Sequence record: DRR378314_1883
DNA: 64,000 nt
Strand: one strand, 5' to 3'
Below are positions 1 to 9,996 of this stretch, in pieces. Numbering within the stretch: position 1 is the first letter of the stretch; every line of letters starts with the position of its first letter. Made by a program: the position numbers and the translations under genes. The notes below the pieces were generated by a model. It ran no database searches. It worked only from the letters and a program-made list of their open reading frames with translations, and was not told where the DNA came from.

Positions 1-7
1 AGGTTTT

Positions 8-27
8 AATCTCGATTATCGAGTAAA
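8..27. repeat. Repeated palindromic element end (AATCTCGATTATCGAGTAAA), copy 1; probably truncated by the window start
   Basis: Identical 20-mer at 7502-7521; core CTCGAT-T-ATCGAG is a perfect inverted repeat. Confidence 0.75.
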
Positions 28-81
28 AATTAACTTTAACAATATTAAGTACACTACGTACATAATCCTAAAACTATAAAA

Positions 82-273
82 ATGAAAAAATCGATAATAT
101 ACTTTTTATTCGCTCTTCTATTTACTGTTTCATTGGCCACCTTTAGCAGTTGCAGGGAAGAAAAAACTGCAGGTGAGAAAATTGAAGATGGAATAGAACA
201 AGTAGGTGACGACATTGAGGAAGGTGTGGAAGAAATTGGAGATGAAATAGATGACGCCACGGACGACAATTAA
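82..273 (+). CDS. Small acidic lipoprotein
   Basis: Signal peptide ending in lipobox-like FSSC, then an acidic quasi-repeat helix (IEDGIEQVGDDIEEGVEEIGDEID). Confidence 0.8.
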   Translation: MKKSIIYFLFALLFTVSLATFSSCREEKTAGEKIEDGIEQVGDDIEEGVEEIGDEIDDATDDN

Positions 274-485
274 GAAAATCTCTTTGGTTGGTTAGATTTT
301 GTTATGGACGGACATTTTCCTCTGGGGATTTTGTCCGTTCTTATTTCATCCACAAAATATCTGAGCATCTACAAAGCCGAAAGTTGCGGGTAAAACCAAT
401 AACTTTTGGTTGCCCAAAACAGGGAACCCTTTATCAGGGATTCAATAAAAAATATAATCCGTTATTAATCTAAAAAATAATAGAA

Positions 486-806
486 ATGAAGAATGATTTT
501 GCTAAGAACGAAAAAGAAATTATTGATGAATATCAAAAAAAGGGCTTTAATGGCAACTACCGCGTAGATAACAAGAAATTGATCGATTTGAAGACAAAAA
601 TAGCGTACGCACCTGAAAATGTTACCATTTTGAAGGAATATCGCTTCGAAGGTATGAGCAATCCGTCCGACATGTCCATCTTATATATTGTGGAAACGAA
701 CGATGGCAGTAAAGGAACGGTATTGGCCAATTATAGTCCATCCAGTAATATTGAAACAGCTGAATTTTTTAAGGAAATTCCAGAAGAAAACTATATAACA
801 AACTAA
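486..806 (+). CDS. Conserved hypothetical protein (YRFEGxSNPxDxSILY family)
   Basis: 106-aa ORF with EYRFEGMSNPSDMSILY motif typical of a Bacteroidota small-protein family. Confidence 0.75.
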   Translation: MKNDFAKNEKEIIDEYQKKGFNGNYRVDNKKLIDLKTKIAYAPENVTILKEYRFEGMSNPSDMSILYIVETNDGSKGTVLANYSPSSNIETAEFFKEIPEENYITN

Positions 807-1086
807 AAACCAATACCCCCAATTACAGCTGCTACAGCTTGAAAGGTCTGAAATTGTCTTCTTGTTAACTAATGGTACGGAAAAGGCATTATGAACATGT
901 CACAGAATGCAAAAAGGGCGAAGGATACAGTTAGTAGTACAGTTTAACTATAATATCGATTAGGTGTACAATTGATAAAAAATTCACTGAGCAGTTTAAT
1001 TGAAATTAAAAATTCATCATCTTTGTGTATAACGCCTACATTGTTTTTCCAAGTTTATAGGAATCCATGTTACAGGCCCATATTAT

Positions 1087-1659
1087 ATGCAATTAATGAG
1101 AATCTATCTAAAATTTGATTTTAACCTTATCTGTAAAACTGTACTACAGGAGCAACTGGACGCTTTGGGAATGAACTATACCATTCATGGAGTTGGGGAA
1201 ATTGAATTTGATAAAAGGCCTACAAATGAAGAAGAACAGGAAATGGCCTCGGTCTTGGGAAATTATGGCATAGAAATTATGGATGATCAACAAATGGCCT
1301 TGGTTCAACGTATTAAAGATTCCATTTCAGAATGGATAAATGATGAGGAGAATCCTAAACTTTATAATTTCTCTTCCTATCTTTCTGAAAAACTGGATTA
1401 TTCATATACCTATTTGTCCTCGATATTCTCTGAAGCTACCTACTCTTCAATCGAGAACTTTGTAATTTTAAAAAAAATAGATTTCGCCAAAAGTTTAATA
1501 CTCCAAAACAATCTAACCTTAACCGAAATAGCGTATAAGCTTAACTATAGCAGTGTATCACATTTATCGGCCCAATTCAAAAAAACGACCGGACTTACTC
1601 CCTCCGCTTTTCAGAAAATAATCCTGAAACGGAAAGAAAGAGCCTTAAACCAAAAATAA
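1087..1659 (+). CDS. AraC family transcriptional regulator
   Basis: C-terminal AraC HTH (LTEIAYKLNYSSVSHLSAQFKKTTGLTPS). Confidence 0.9.
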   Translation: MQLMRIYLKFDFNLICKTVLQEQLDALGMNYTIHGVGEIEFDKRPTNEEEQEMASVLGNYGIEIMDDQQMALVQRIKDSISEWINDEENPKLYNFSSYLSEKLDYSYTYLSSIFSEATYSSIENFVILKKIDFAKSLILQNNLTLTEIAYKLNYSSVSHLSAQFKKTTGLTPSAFQKIILKRKERALNQK

Positions 1660-1671
1660 CCCCGCCAAAAT

Positions 1672-2118
1672 ATGCCCCTACAAACCTTAAACATAGCCCT
1701 GGCCGATGATGATGAAGATGACAGAACATTATTCAAGGAAGCTATGAGCGAAATAAAAATTAAGACCAAATTATCCCTTTTCAACAATGGAAAAGAATTA
1801 ATGGATTATTTGACCCTGCCCAATGTAATCTTACCTGAAATAGTATTTCTAGATTTAAATATGCCCATCAAAAATGGAATGCAATGTCTCAATGAAATTA
1901 GAAACCACCCTAGACTTCAGGACCTTTTGGTTGCCATATATTCAACCTCCTCTTCTGAAGCCGATATTGAGGAGACCTTTGTGAACGGCGCCAATATTTA
2001 CATTAACAAGCCCAATAGCTTTGGGGCCCTAAAACAAGCAATTGAAAAGGTTTTACAGCTCAATTGGCAATACCATACCTCGGCCTTGAACAAGGATAAT
2101 TTTTTACTAAGGATCTAA
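1672..2118 (+). CDS. Single-domain response regulator
   Basis: REC motifs DDDEDD, FLDLNMP, YSTSS, KP. Confidence 0.9.
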   Translation: MPLQTLNIALADDDEDDRTLFKEAMSEIKIKTKLSLFNNGKELMDYLTLPNVILPEIVFLDLNMPIKNGMQCLNEIRNHPRLQDLLVAIYSTSSSEADIEETFVNGANIYINKPNSFGALKQAIEKVLQLNWQYHTSALNKDNFLLRI

Positions 2119-2131
2119 AGGGATTTTAGGC

Positions 2132-4711
2132 ATGCCAATAAGAAAAATAACATCCTCTCCAAAAGTACTTGCCGTTTCCCTTGTTTTGGCCATTGCACTT
2201 CTCATGTTCCTTGGAAGCATTAGTTACAAGCAGATTGTGCAGCTTGGAGAATCGGCAGATATGGTTTCCCATAGCTTGGAGGTGGACATGGAAATAAATC
2301 AGCTTTTTTCCTATTATGCCCAAATGCAGTCCACGGAGCTTAAAAATCTTCTTTCCCATGACACCTTAGGTATTTCATCTTTTGAAAATTACAAACCCGA
2401 AGTACAGGAATCATTCATAAAACTCAAGAAACTAACACAAGACAATGCTATACAGCAGAAGATTCTACTATCGGTACAATCTTGGCAGGATAGCCTCTAT
2501 AATTCCTTAAATATAATTGCCAGTATCCCATTTCAAAAAACAAATTATTCTTCTAGGGATAGAGAAAAAATAACAAACGTTTCAAAGTCGATTACCCAAC
2601 TAAATCTGCTCAGAAACCAAATGTATCAAGAAAAGCAGATACAACTCGCGAAGAGTAAGGAAGAATACAGATCGCAAATATTCTTTACTCCCCTAATGAC
2701 TCTGCTCTTGGGTATGTTTGCGTTATTTATCTTTATTATTTCATTTCTGCAGATTAATTCTCAGCGAAAAAAAACGGCTACAGCAGAGAAATTTCTTCAA
2801 AATATTTTGGGCAGTACAGACAATATTATAAGTTATTTTGAGCCAATATATAATACTGCCGGCAAAGTAAAAGACTTTACCATTGTATTCACCAATGAAA
2901 AAATAGAGTCTGTTCTAGGGCAAAATTCCAGCCAAATAGAGCAGCGTAAAATGTCCGAATTGGTTCCCATTAACTTTGAAAATGGCATTTTTGATGAATT
3001 GACCAAAGTTATTGAAGAAGGAGAGACCCGTAAATTCGAAAAGCATTTTCAATATAACGGTAAGGAGTTTTGGTTCAAGACCACCGCCGTAAAAATGGAG
3101 AACGGAGTTTTAACTACTTCGGTGGATACTACATCGGAAAGAAAGTTTACGCAAAATTTAAGGGTTTTGAACGAACAATTGGAAAAGCACAATCGCGATT
3201 TGATCGAAACCAAGTCTTTTTTGAACAATATCCTTGAAAGCACTAGCAACACTGTTAGCCACCTTGTTACCGAAAGGGACTCCAATGGTAAAATAATAGA
3301 TTTTATATATGTATTTACCAACACCGAAAGTGAGAACCTTACCGGAAAACAAGTAGGGGACGTAATTGGAAAGTCTATATCCAAAATCTATCCTTCTGTT
3401 CATGATACCGGATTATACGAACTAATGGTAAAATGTGCCAACATAGGCACCATTGAAACGCATGAAAGCGAATATATTTTAAAAGGTAAAAGGGTATGGG
3501 TCAACACTACAATAAATAAACTGGACGATGGCATTACCCTTACTTCCTATGACAGTACCCAGATAATCAATGCCAAACAACGCCTATTGGAACTCAACGA
3601 ACAGTTGACGGTGCAGAATTCCATTTTAAATGATGCGGAGGCTGTTGCCAAAATTGGAAGTTACCGTTGGAATATTGAAACCGAAAAGGCCACCATGTCC
3701 GATAATTTTTTCAGGTTATTGGACTGCGAACCAAACGAGTTTATTCCAGCACCTGAAAATTACAGGCCATTTGTTCATCCAAAAGACCTCAAGATTTACG
3801 ATGAAAAACTAAATCTGGCCTTGGAGAAAAAAATAGTCAGTAATTTCACTTATCGCGTTATCACCAAAAACAGAAAGGTAAAGCACCTTCAGAATACAGG
3901 TCATTTTTTAAAGAACGAATTTATTGGGGTGGTGAAGGACATCACCAAGGATCTAAAAAATGAACAAAAACTAAAAGACAAGAACTTAGAGCTTAAGCGC
4001 ATTAATAGTGAATTGGAATCCTTTACCCGGATTGCCAGTCATGATCTTCAGGAGCCGTTACGGAAAATTCAGATGTTCATTTCTCGGATAACAGATTCCG
4101 ATTCCTCCTATTTTACGGAACAGCAAACACAATACATTAGCAAAGTACAATCTTCTGCCAACCGTATGCAGAACCTTATAAAGTACCTATTATCCTATTC
4201 AAGGCTTAGAAAAAAGAAAAAGGACTTGGTATATGTAGATCTGAATCTGGTTCTGGAAAAAGTACAGGAAGATCTGGAGGCCCCGATCAGGGAGTCCGGG
4301 GTAGAATTTGTTATTGCTGACCTTCCCGAGGTAAGAGGTGTCCCCTTTCAGTTAGAGCAACTCTTCAACAACCTGATTTCCAATTCCATTAAATATCACA
4401 GTATTCTAGAAACTCCAAAAATAGAAATCGCCTGCAAGAAAATGGAACGCAATTCAATTCCTGACGATTTTAATAAAAAAGCCAAGGAATATTACTGCAT
4501 TTCGGTAAAGGATAACGGCATTGGTTTTGAGCAGGAAAATGCCCAAAAAATATTTGAACTATTCCAACGTCTTCATCAAAAAAACGAATATTCGGGCACA
4601 GGAATAGGATTGGCTATTTGCAAGAAGATTGTGGAAAAACACAAAGGGCATATTGTGGCCCATGGACAAGTAAATAAAGGGGCTAGCTTTTACATTTATT
4701 TACCCGTTTAG
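2132..4711 (+). CDS. Membrane sensor histidine kinase (CHASE3-like, PAS repeats)
   Basis: Two TM helices around a periplasmic domain, PAS-like repeats, H-box ASHDLQEPLRKI, N box, DNGIGF and GTGIGLAIC boxes. Confidence 0.92.
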   Translation: MPIRKITSSPKVLAVSLVLAIALLMFLGSISYKQIVQLGESADMVSHSLEVDMEINQLFSYYAQMQSTELKNLLSHDTLGISSFENYKPEVQESFIKLKKLTQDNAIQQKILLSVQSWQDSLYNSLNIIASIPFQKTNYSSRDREKITNVSKSITQLNLLRNQMYQEKQIQLAKSKEEYRSQIFFTPLMTLLLGMFALFIFIISFLQINSQRKKTATAEKFLQNILGSTDNIISYFEPIYNTAGKVKDFTIVFTNEKIESVLGQNSSQIEQRKMSELVPINFENGIFDELTKVIEEGETRKFEKHFQYNGKEFWFKTTAVKMENGVLTTSVDTTSERKFTQNLRVLNEQLEKHNRDLIETKSFLNNILESTSNTVSHLVTERDSNGKIIDFIYVFTNTESENLTGKQVGDVIGKSISKIYPSVHDTGLYELMVKCANIGTIETHESEYILKGKRVWVNTTINKLDDGITLTSYDSTQIINAKQRLLELNEQLTVQNSILNDAEAVAKIGSYRWNIETEKATMSDNFFRLLDCEPNEFIPAPENYRPFVHPKDLKIYDEKLNLALEKKIVSNFTYRVITKNRKVKHLQNTGHFLKNEFIGVVKDITKDLKNEQKLKDKNLELKRINSELESFTRIASHDLQEPLRKIQMFISRITDSDSSYFTEQQTQYISKVQSSANRMQNLIKYLLSYSRLRKKKKDLVYVDLNLVLEKVQEDLEAPIRESGVEFVIADLPEVRGVPFQLEQLFNNLISNSIKYHSILETPKIEIACKKMERNSIPDDFNKKAKEYYCISVKDNGIGFEQENAQKIFELFQRLHQKNEYSGTGIGLAICKKIVEKHKGHIVAHGQVNKGASFYIYLPV

Positions 4712-5129
4712 ACAAATCATAATTCCCAAACGATTTATATTCTCACGGTCAATTCTGATCCCGACTAACATTGTCAGTGAAACCAAAAGTATTAAGTACA
4801 CTCTTGGATATAGGTATACCTCTGCATAACACATTTTCCTAATACAGTATAAAGCAAGGTCTAACTTTAAGCTTGGTCCCAACTCTCCACTCGTTCTTTT
4901 GGAAGAAATATCCGGACTTGGACTCACTAAAATTTAAAGGAAATACTAGTATAAACCCTAATACTATTCTTCATGAACATTGATTCTACCCATTAAAATC
5001 TTGCTTTTTTTAATGAAATAATGGCCATTTCGTGAAATTATATAACAGAATACAAAAATTGTATAACAAAAAAGGTACCCTCAGTAACGAACTTTGTTAA
5101 ACACGATTAGAAATTTAAAGACAACCAAC

Positions 5130-5270
5130 ATGAAAAAGACAACTGAACCATATCAACTGAATTCAAAAATTGGCAAAAGTTGGACATTGGATGCCGATGA
5201 CAACAAAAATTATGATCTCCCTGATAATTTTATCCTGGGCATGACCAATAGCAATTTAGAATCCAACTAA
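5130..5270 (+). CDS. Putative 46-aa small protein (not in ORF track)
   Basis: Own translation MKKTTEPYQLNSKIGKSWTLDADDNKNYDLPDNFILGMTNSNLESN; A-rich leader, first ORF after a promoter-like ACTTTG at 5091. Confidence 0.45.
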   Translation: MKKTTEPYQLNSKIGKSWTLDADDNKNYDLPDNFILGMTNSNLESN

Positions 5271-5330
5271 GTTCAGTACTTGGTTAATTCGGAAGACCAA
5301 GGAGGTCTTTTAATAATCATAAAACAAAAA

Positions 5331-5477
5331 ATGTCGAAAATGTTGATTATCGTCGCTATTATAATGCTCTTTTTATGGGCTATAGGCTTTTTTATATTCG
5401 ATATAGGCATAATGATACATCTACTACTCCTAGTTGCAGTGGTACTTTTTATCACCAGGGTGATTAGAGACAAATGA
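5331..5477 (+). CDS. lmo0937/DUF5670-like small membrane protein
   Basis: 48 aa from ATG 5331; two hydrophobic helices with LWAIGFF and IHLLLLVAVV motifs. Confidence 0.8.
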   Translation: MSKMLIIVAIIMLFLWAIGFFIFDIGIMIHLLLLVAVVLFITRVIRDK

Positions 5478-5502
5478 AGTAATAATTCTAAAAAACGGGA
5501 AC

Positions 5503-6534
5503 ATGAAAATTGTATATCTTAAAACGAACAATATAGCTAACATATTTAATCAGTTACAACAAGACTTGGGTGGAAAATTAAAAATTCGCCCACAGGAGTA
5601 TAGTCTAGAGTTGCACAATAATTTGGTAAGCGGGGTCATAAGCGGGGTTTCCTTTAAGAACAATATATCCTTTATTGAATACGACATTGTCTTTAAGGAA
5701 GATATGCTTCTCATAAATAACATGCCGATTACCAACCCTATTCACTTTATGTATTGTGCTAAAGGAAAAATCAGCCACAGTTTCGGAATCAAAGGAGAAA
5801 AAAGACTACTGAACCAATTCCAAACGGGAATTTTTTCCTGTGACCCCAGTCAGGATACCACTTTGTTCTTTAGAAAAAATGAAGCTGTTAAACTTTCCAA
5901 TATAATGGTGGACACGCATGAAGTTGAGCAAGATGATGACAATACCGATCTACTGAGAAATCAGTTGTTAAGAACCTTCTTACCAAAAGCAGGGGAGTAT
6001 ATTTTTGCCTATACCGGATCCTACAATCTAAAGATTGCCGAAAAAATGCAGCAGTTGGGTGCCATTAGCCAAAAGGGATTGGTGAGAAATCTCTTGATAA
6101 AAGGTATTGTGCACGTTATTTTGGCCATGGAAATCCAACAACATAAAGAGGATAAAAAGAATGCGAAAAACAACTTCGGATCCCTCACCAAGGATGAGAT
6201 GGATGACATAAAAGAACTATCCAGCTTTATCAAGAATTATCCTGAAATACAATATAGCCTTAAATACCTAAGTAAGAAATCCGGTCTTTCACCAGCCAAA
6301 CTTCAGGAAGGTTTTAAACTATTGTTCGATAGAACGGTCACAGATTACATTAGGAACGTAAGGGTAGAGACTGCCGAACATCTTATTAAAACTACAGACC
6401 TCAATATTTCGGAAATTGTGTATAGTGTAGGCCTAACTAGCAGAAGTTACTTTTCCAAGATATTCAAAGAAAAATACAATTGTAGTCCAAAGCATTATCA
6501 GGACCATCAAAATTCGTTAGCTGTTACAGCCTAA
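5503..6534 (+). CDS. AraC family transcriptional regulator
   Basis: C-terminal AraC HTH (KLQEGFKLLF...ISEIVYSVGLTSRSYFSKIFKEKYNCSP). Confidence 0.92.
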   Translation: MKIVYLKTNNIANIFNQLQQDLGGKLKIRPQEYSLELHNNLVSGVISGVSFKNNISFIEYDIVFKEDMLLINNMPITNPIHFMYCAKGKISHSFGIKGEKRLLNQFQTGIFSCDPSQDTTLFFRKNEAVKLSNIMVDTHEVEQDDDNTDLLRNQLLRTFLPKAGEYIFAYTGSYNLKIAEKMQQLGAISQKGLVRNLLIKGIVHVILAMEIQQHKEDKKNAKNNFGSLTKDEMDDIKELSSFIKNYPEIQYSLKYLSKKSGLSPAKLQEGFKLLFDRTVTDYIRNVRVETAEHLIKTTDLNISEIVYSVGLTSRSYFSKIFKEKYNCSPKHYQDHQNSLAVTA

Positions 6535-6557
6535 TATATAGCTAAGTTTAATTACAC

Positions 6558-6582
6558 AACCAGTCTAATGACTGGTTTTTTT
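6558..6582 (+). terminator. Intrinsic terminator after AraC gene
   Basis: AACCAGTC-TAAT-GACTGGTT hairpin followed by a T-run. Confidence 0.75.
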
Positions 6583-6720
6583 GTTTATAAAAACCTGTTC
6601 ATACTACATTCATCCTTTTTGGCCCACCTATATTTTTCCCCTAACCAAGCTTGGTCAAAGTCTTGGCGGGAATATTCACTTATTGGATTTGGAACCATAA
6701 TCATATACAGCTTATTTAAC

Positions 6721-6751
6721 AAAAAAACGGCAGGAGAAAATCTCCTGCCGT
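6721..6751 (-). terminator. Intrinsic terminator of dps
   Basis: ACGGCAGGAGA-AAA-TCTCCTGCCGT hairpin with an A-run on its left (U-tail on the minus strand). Confidence 0.85.
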
Positions 6752-6784
6752 CCCAAATACGTTGTAAATGAGTCTAATTACTTA

Positions 6785-7273
6785 TTAAAAGGTTTTCAAG
6801 GAAGCCCTTAGCATCCACGACATCTGCTCGTGCATTTGCATGATTCCAGTAATGAAATCGGCCGTACCTTCGTCATTGTGTTCCTCTGCATTTTCACTGA
6901 TACTTTTTCTAATGAACTTGATAATTGTATTATGGTCCTCCAATAGAACTTCCATAAAACTAGCGCTATCGTTCTTTTTTGGACTTTCGTCCCTCAAATG
7001 TGAAAGCTCTAAAAACTCCTTCAAAGTCCCCGGGGAATAAAAACCTAGCATACGTATTCTCTCGGCAACCTCATCCACAATTTTTTCTATTTTATTGTAT
7101 TCTTCCTCAAAAAAAACGTGTTTGGTATGGAAGTCGATCCCCTCTACATTCCAATGCGCATTCCTCAATTTGGTATACAGCAAATACTCGTCCGCCAAAA
7201 GTTTGCCCAGCATGGCCACTACAGCCTTTCTATTGTCTTTTTTTATTCCGATAGTTGCTTGTGTTGTTTCCAT
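6785..7273 (-). CDS. dps: Dps family DNA-protection ferritin-like protein
   Basis: HWNVEG, FHTKHVFFEE, DEVAERI and WML ferroxidase-centre motifs. Confidence 0.95.
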   Translation of the reverse strand: METTQATIGIKKDNRKAVVAMLGKLLADEYLLYTKLRNAHWNVEGIDFHTKHVFFEEEYNKIEKIVDEVAERIRMLGFYSPGTLKEFLELSHLRDESPKKNDSASFMEVLLEDHNTIIKFIRKSISENAEEHNDEGTADFITGIMQMHEQMSWMLRASLKTF

Positions 7274-7457
7274 AATATATAAATGATTTTATCTTTTGTT
7301 AATAACAACAATTTAAGGCCATTCCATCGGAACCATTGATCGAAACAATTTTTTGCTTTGCTCTTTTAAAATGATGCCCATATTTTTGGTAGAACCAAGC
7401 CAGAAGAATATAAAACTGACTGTCCCATCCTATTTTTAGTATGATTTTGTCTTACCA

Positions 7458-7521
7458 GTAAACTACCTCGGGGCAGGCCTGTCTACCGATAGGCAGATTA
7501 AAATCTCGATTATCGAGTAAA
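7458..7521. repeat. REP-like composite palindromic element, copy 2
   Basis: GTAAACTACCTCGGGGCAG, hairpin CTGTCTA-CCGA-TAGGCAG, then AATCTCGATTATCGAGTAAA identical to 8-27. Confidence 0.7.
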
Positions 7522-9099
7522 TTATTCCTTTTTGCCATCACCGGTAAGTGTGTTGACGATCCCGTCCATTACATTGAGCCATAAATAATTAAAAAATGAT
7601 TTGGTATTATCCCTCTCTGCATATATTTCCCCATACCTGTAGCCCTGTTTGTCCGTTTTGGAGCCGTCGTTGGTGAAAATATTACCAACGAAGGTGAGCA
7701 GTTTATTTACTCCCGTTCTATCCTTTTTAAGAACGGTAAATCGAAAATCCTCATAGTTCATTTTCATATCGCCACTAGAACTAATTGCATCACCACTAAC
7801 TGTAAAATACAATTCTTGTACATCCCCTTCGGCCTCTGTACGAAGATTGGATCTTAGGAATTGATTGATGCTCTCGGATTTAAAATCTGTGACAACGCCA
7901 GATACATAAAATGCATCGTTCTCCTTGCTGGCATCAAAATTCCATGTTAGCTCAATCGGGGCTTCACCCATGAGTTGGGCCATAACTTTAATTTGGGTCT
8001 TTTCTCCATTTTTATAAGTATTGGAGACATTTCCTATTGTAGCCCCAAGATCGGCGAATACAATCTCTCCAGGCACTGTACCCCTTTTTACCAATTCGGA
8101 ATACGCAATATATCCGTCGTTTATTTTAACCTCCGAAACATTTAGATCTATGGGCAACTCCCGTAACATACGGCTGTATAGTTTTTTTTGTTCATAGTCA
8201 TCCTGAACAAGCTTGTCGCGATATATTTCCATTTTTGGTTTTTGGAGAGCCAACGATGAGGAGTTTAGAAAAAATCGCTCTTTATTAAATCCAAAGTCCA
8301 TATTGACCATCCTAAGCTCGGGGATTTTCAAATCAATATAATCATGCTCTTTGTCCAATTTTTTAGAAAGCGTTATCTTATCATACTTGGACTTCAAGTA
8401 TAAATTACTAAGTTCCATTTCTTTGTTCTTGATATTTATACCGCCAAGGTTTACAGCCTCATATGGTCCAAGATCCGCATATACCAATCCCGTACTCAAA
8501 TTGTAATCCCCATAGGAAAATGGTATTTCCCGTTCTATAGTTTCCTTATCCAATTTTAGATTTTCAAGGGACAAATTCAAATTTTCCACCGAGAAAACTA
8601 TAGAATCCCCGCCCTTTCCGAAAATCTTGAATTCCCCGTCCTCAATGGACAATTTGGCTATGGACAAAGTTCTTTCCATAGGACTGTCCGTTGCTGCAAT
8701 CCCATTGTTTTTAACTTGATGTTCTCCTTGATAATATTCTGTTTTTGGCTTTAACAATCGAATTTTACGGATACTTATTGTGTTTCCAAATATGGCTTGG
8801 TAAAAGCCTATACCCTTTAGGTCAATAGCCTCTAGGCTCATCCCCGCTTTTCTAAAATTGGCATCCTTTTCCAAAATATCCAACCCAACCTCAGTTAATC
8901 TTACCGAACCCCGTATCAGATTTACCTGAATTTGATCATAGGTCAAATGCATATGATCCGGTATTTGTTGGCTCAGATAATTTTCAATATAACTCTTGGC
9001 CCTCAATTGTAGGATGGTCAACAAAAGCAGTATCAGGACTACTGAAACAGTGATGATCCAAACTATTCTTTTTTTCAGTTTGCGGTAGGCCATAATCAA
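7522..9099 (-). CDS. AsmA/DUF748-like membrane-anchored beta-rich protein
   Basis: N-terminal TM anchor, beta-strand-rich body, C-terminal RDNTKSFFNYLW motif. Confidence 0.7.
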   Translation of the reverse strand: MIMAYRKLKKRIVWIITVSVVLILLLLTILQLRAKSYIENYLSQQIPDHMHLTYDQIQVNLIRGSVRLTEVGLDILEKDANFRKAGMSLEAIDLKGIGFYQAIFGNTISIRKIRLLKPKTEYYQGEHQVKNNGIAATDSPMERTLSIAKLSIEDGEFKIFGKGGDSIVFSVENLNLSLENLKLDKETIEREIPFSYGDYNLSTGLVYADLGPYEAVNLGGINIKNKEMELSNLYLKSKYDKITLSKKLDKEHDYIDLKIPELRMVNMDFGFNKERFFLNSSSLALQKPKMEIYRDKLVQDDYEQKKLYSRMLRELPIDLNVSEVKINDGYIAYSELVKRGTVPGEIVFADLGATIGNVSNTYKNGEKTQIKVMAQLMGEAPIELTWNFDASKENDAFYVSGVVTDFKSESINQFLRSNLRTEAEGDVQELYFTVSGDAISSSGDMKMNYEDFRFTVLKKDRTGVNKLLTFVGNIFTNDGSKTDKQGYRYGEIYAERDNTKSFFNYLWLNVMDGIVNTLTGDGKKE

Positions 9100-9287
9100 A
9101 TTAAAAATATGCTACTATCCACAAAGTACGCGCATGCAATTTTTAATTAATGATCCAACCACATTTAATATTGACTTTTTCCAAAGAGTAAGCCTATGAA
9201 TCCAATGGAGTTATAATTTATATTGATGGGGACAATACGGTAGCCATACAATATCTATTCTTGTAAAAAATAAAAACAGTCATAATC

Positions 9288-9758
9288 ATGAAGAAGATAT
9301 TAAGTGTTTTAACAGTTGTAACAATGACAATTGTAGCGGCTAATGCCCAATCCATTTCTAAAAACGCCTTAGGTTTAAGGCTTGGAGACAATGACGGATT
9401 TGGAGGGGAAGTATCCTATCAAAGGGCGGTATCGGACAATAACAGACTTGAGTTTGATCTAGGTTGGCGCGATTCCAACAATGTTGATGCTTTTAAATTG
9501 GTTGGACTCTATCAATGGGTGATGCCAATAGAAGGACTATTTAACTGGTATGTGGGCGCAGGGGCAGGAATAGGCTCCTTCGATTCCCCTGGAGGAGATG
9601 GCGCCTTTGCCCTTGTGGCAGGTGACATAGGTATAGAGTGTAATTTTGATTTTCCGCTTTTGTTGTCCTTGGACATACGTCCAGAACTTGGTTTTAATGA
9701 TGACTACTCGGACGATCTCGATTTGGATATCGCCTTAGGTATCAGGTATCAGTTCTAA
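9288..9758 (+). CDS. Small outer-membrane beta-barrel protein
   Basis: Signal peptide, amphipathic strands (WYVGAGAG), C-terminal LGIRYQF. Confidence 0.85.
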   Translation: MKKILSVLTVVTMTIVAANAQSISKNALGLRLGDNDGFGGEVSYQRAVSDNNRLEFDLGWRDSNNVDAFKLVGLYQWVMPIEGLFNWYVGAGAGIGSFDSPGGDGAFALVAGDIGIECNFDFPLLLSLDIRPELGFNDDYSDDLDLDIALGIRYQF

Positions 9759-9784
9759 AACTGATTAAAAATTAAAACAACATT

Positions 9785-9822
9785 TACCCTAGAATCAAGT
9801 TCTTTGATTTCTAGGGTATTTT
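9785..9822 (+). terminator. Probable intrinsic terminator
   Basis: TACCCTAGAATCAA...TTGATTTCTAGGGTA imperfect hairpin plus T-rich tail. Confidence 0.6.
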
Positions 9823-9996
9823 CATTCTATAGTAGCTTAAAGTGAACCCATAAATAATTTCAAACTATTGATTATCCAGTTTACCACAAACAATTCCCAC
9901 TGTTGTCCCCTATGAATAATACTTGTTACTTCATTAGAGTTTGTCTTCAAAGTTTTTTAAATTACTGAATTAAAATCAGTTAAATAATTAATAAGA

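Noticed and set aside
288-473. 61-aa ORF between the lipoprotein and the hypothetical gene
   Set aside because: Non-ATG start and no recognisable motif; probably spurious or decayed
4700-4927. 75-aa minus-strand ORF after the histidine kinase
   Set aside because: No family motif, overlaps the kinase stop; cannot support it as a gene or pseudogene
6585-6704. 39-aa minus-strand ORF (MIMVPNPISEYSRQDFDQAWLGEKYRWAKK...)
   Set aside because: Lies between two convergent terminators with no evident promoter and no recognisable family
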